Source: Yuukianura sp. NJ FZ-2021 (lineage: Eukaryota). Taken from it: a stretch of 64,000 nt of DNA. The stretch is taken from contig CM102290.1 in NCBI GenBank assembly GCA_046563655.1, positions 7,502,001 to 7,566,000 of the forward strand. Reading direction: 5' to 3'. Made by a program: the position numbers and the translations under genes. Numbering within the stretch: the stretch's first letter is position 1; every line of letters begins with the position of its first letter. The notes beneath the pieces were generated by a model that saw only the letters and a list, made by a program, of their open reading frames with translations, was not told the origin of the DNA and made no database searches. Shown here one piece after another: positions 61,087 to 64,000 of the stretch.

Positions 61087-64000
61087 CCCTCCTCACTCAT
61101 GATCCGTCCAAATCCACAACTAAATTTTTCAAATTTGAAAGTGGCGTTGAGTCCATGCAATGCTACTGCTCGGTACATCTTTTGACGCTAATTGTAAAGT
61201 CAATTTTAATCATGACGTGGACAAATTTAATAAAAATTTTAATCGATTTCTTGCATTCTTGCATTCCTGCATTTCACTTAAAATCCGAAGAAGTTTCGAA
61301 AGTCGCAAAAACTTCTAAAAAGAAAAAGCAAACTTTCCCAAAATTTTTGGAACTTTAGGCTATAAGTATTTTGCACAGGAATGAAAATAAGCAAAGCGTT
61401 TTTTTCTTAACTGCGGTTTGTCTTTAAAATTTTTCAGTTCCTCTTCTACTGTGTTAAAAATACAGAATTCAATTAATTTAATTAATTCAATTAACACCAG
61501 AGTTGAACTAGGGAATTAATTTCTTGCTCGATTGATTTAGTAAAAATCAGCAGCCATTTTGTGTCAATAACTTTGTAAAATCAGTTTTAAGCCCACACAT
61601 CCGTTTGGGAATGGTGAACATAACTGAATTGTTATGTTTTGATGCATCCGGATTGACTAACGTGAGAGGTGTGAATGTAGGTCACTGGAGGATAACGGGG
61701 CTGACCTATTTTTGGATTTCGTACAAGAATCATCCCTAGACACAACGTCCTACTCCACTCACTCCCTGTCCAAGCAACAGTCAACACATATTCAATCGGA
61801 ACAATTTGCCAGTATTCAGTAGTAGAAGTACCACTGGCAAGTACATTGTAGGCCCAGTATCCACAAGTTCCCTTGCCACCCCATGTCAAGTCACTGGTCA
61901 CACTACCACTCTGTAGCATTTACCAATTTCGCATATTCTGACAGCCCAATCACTTCTCTTTCACTCCTTGCTCTTTCACTGTCTCCACAAAACACAACAC
62001 TCAAGTTTCAACACCACAATAACTTTACCAGTCAACCAAAATTTACACGGTTCATGCCAAAACCAAATTTGTACACAAACACACAGTTTCAAAACACCTT
62101 GTACAAGTGTTCAAAAGTTTGAAATTAAGAAAACCTAATCCTACAGTGAATTTAATTTAAATTTGGACGAAATTTAACCAAGATCTTGGATTCAGAATCT
62201 TAACTGTGTTCAAATAGTGTCATTCAGGAGGAGACGCACTTTTCAAAAATATTTGGACTTGATCAATGTAAGTACAAATTTTTCACTTCAGTTTTTTGTC
62301 GAAATTTTCGGCAATTAAAATGAAAAATTTATTTGATCAAAAAAATCCTATTTAGTACAACGTTCACCGGTTTTAATTCATTTCGTTTCAGTAATTTGTT
62401 CAAATATGTTTGGAAATGAAAAAAAAATGTTCTTTTATTATGTCTTTGTGGACACACCAACAAATGCTCAAATGCTTTTTTCTCTGAAAATTGGCAGTAA
62501 CTGAGTGTTTAATTGAACTTTTGCTTTTAACTTACATCCATAATTTTTGCAATCTGGTCGGATCCAAACGTTTTTAATATGTTTAAATATTTTGAAACGG
62601 GTTTAAAAGCAAACCGTAGTTACCGAAATTCTAGCACTTTGCTCACCTAATGCTATGAACAGTTAGCCAGTTCATTTTTAATTATAGCAAATGACAGTTC
62701 GAACAGATTCAAATGAATTGAACAATTGAAGTCAGTTAGTGCTAACTTAATTATTTAACTTTCAGTTCCTCATTCGATGAAACATTGGTTTTGTTATTTA
62801 TAGAACTAGAACCATAAGTCAATTCATTTTTAATAGCAGAGAAAAGGCACGGTGAACTCCTTTTTCAAAAAAATTCTACTATTTTGAACTCCAAATACTC
62901 CCGACAGCATTTTGCAATGTGAGGTCAGTGAGAAAAAATAGTGCAGTTGAGGAGGATACCCTTGAAGGCGGATGCAAAATGCAATTTTGTACCCTGTAAT
63001 TTTTGAATTCCCGTTCAAACGTATAATTTTAGGGCTCCCGTGCCACATAACCTGCATCTTTGGTAATGAATGCATCTTTTAGAAAAAAGTTGGCGAATGA
63101 GCACACTTAAAGAACGTCGAATGTGTTTACAAGGAAATCAGGCTCAGATGCAACAAAACGCCGGTAAAAAAAAGTTTTTCACCGGTGAGTTGAGATAGAA
63201 TTTTGGGTAAAAATTTGCCACAAATACAATTAAGCAGTTTTGCATATTTCCCTAGTTTGGAAAGTAAGTTAACAACAAGGAATTGGATTTTAAATTAGTG
63301 TAGGGGCAATTGAAAATTAAAGTAAATCACGACTTGCGCTTAATTTGGAAGTGAGGCCTCGTAACTGCTTCGTTTCTAACCGGAGTGGGTGACATGATTT
63401 TGTTTAGAAACGTAAACTGAATTAGGATAACCTGTTGACTTCAGTCTACTTAAACACACATTTGTAAGATTTCGTGTTTATTGGTTGGTGCTCTAGATTG
63501 GAGGGAACCGTGACACGACCAAACTTGAGCAGCAGGCACTTCATTATACTTTTCTAAGAGTGTTTGGTTGTTGAGTACCTAGGCTAACGACTCCGCCCTT
63601 TCCTTTAGACTAATTGCCATGTAGGGCCCTCCTGTACCCACCACCACAAATGTAGGAGGGGGTGGAGGGCCCCACCACAAAAGCCTTCCTCAGGTTAAGT
63701 TACCATAACGAAAGCCTATTATTTAAAAATTTAGATTAGCACAAGTCGAGAGAAGATTCGGAACAGAGTGGGTTCATTAGTAGGTCAACTCCCATCTTCA
63801 TCCTCTTCCTACCCCACAAACTCATCTCTCAGGTCAATGACTTCTTTTTTGAATTTCCCCCTCCTCTGCTCATTCCATTGACATTTGGACATGATTTCAT
63901 AATAAAACAAACTTTGGGAATGGGAATTATTGAGTCTGTTGCAGAGGAAACCAGGCCAGATAAAAGTTCTCGATTTAAATTGAACTCTGTGATTCAATAG

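Noticed and set aside
61632..61919. 95-aa minus-strand ORF
   Set aside because: No recognisable homology or exon partners within the window.

Overview
AT-rich eukaryotic genomic DNA with many short GT-AG introns; gene content suggests an arthropod (inference). Genes reconstructed by hand from splice sites and reading phase: (1) a complete Rdl-type GABA-gated chloride channel gene (+, 2334-27104, ~467-468 aa) with two pairs of mutually exclusive exons and an intron splitting the M2 pore helix; (2) a Pro/Gln/His-rich repeat protein (+, main exon 32153-34442); (3) an FBXO36-like F-box gene (+, 34866-36124); (4) nocturnin/curled (+, 42463-45702) with a candidate alternative first exon; (5) a three-repeat beta-thymosin/ciboulot (-, 47299-47914, Inr+DPE promoter at ~54455); (6) a divergent Fuzzy-like tri-longin gene (-, 57770-59641). 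Mobile DNA: a foldback MITE (6376-6634), an internally deleted hAT element (55444-56558), a 1.1-kb near-perfect palindrome (59982-61086) and, most striking, a 525-bp miniature LTR retrotransposon (TRIM, 49343-49867). Its two apparently identical 237-bp LTRs each carry a tRNA-like Pol III cassette, and it is nested in the (ACAG)n tract of a HINE/DINE-like element in the thymosin intron. Homology calls rest on recalled family motifs; no database searches were run.
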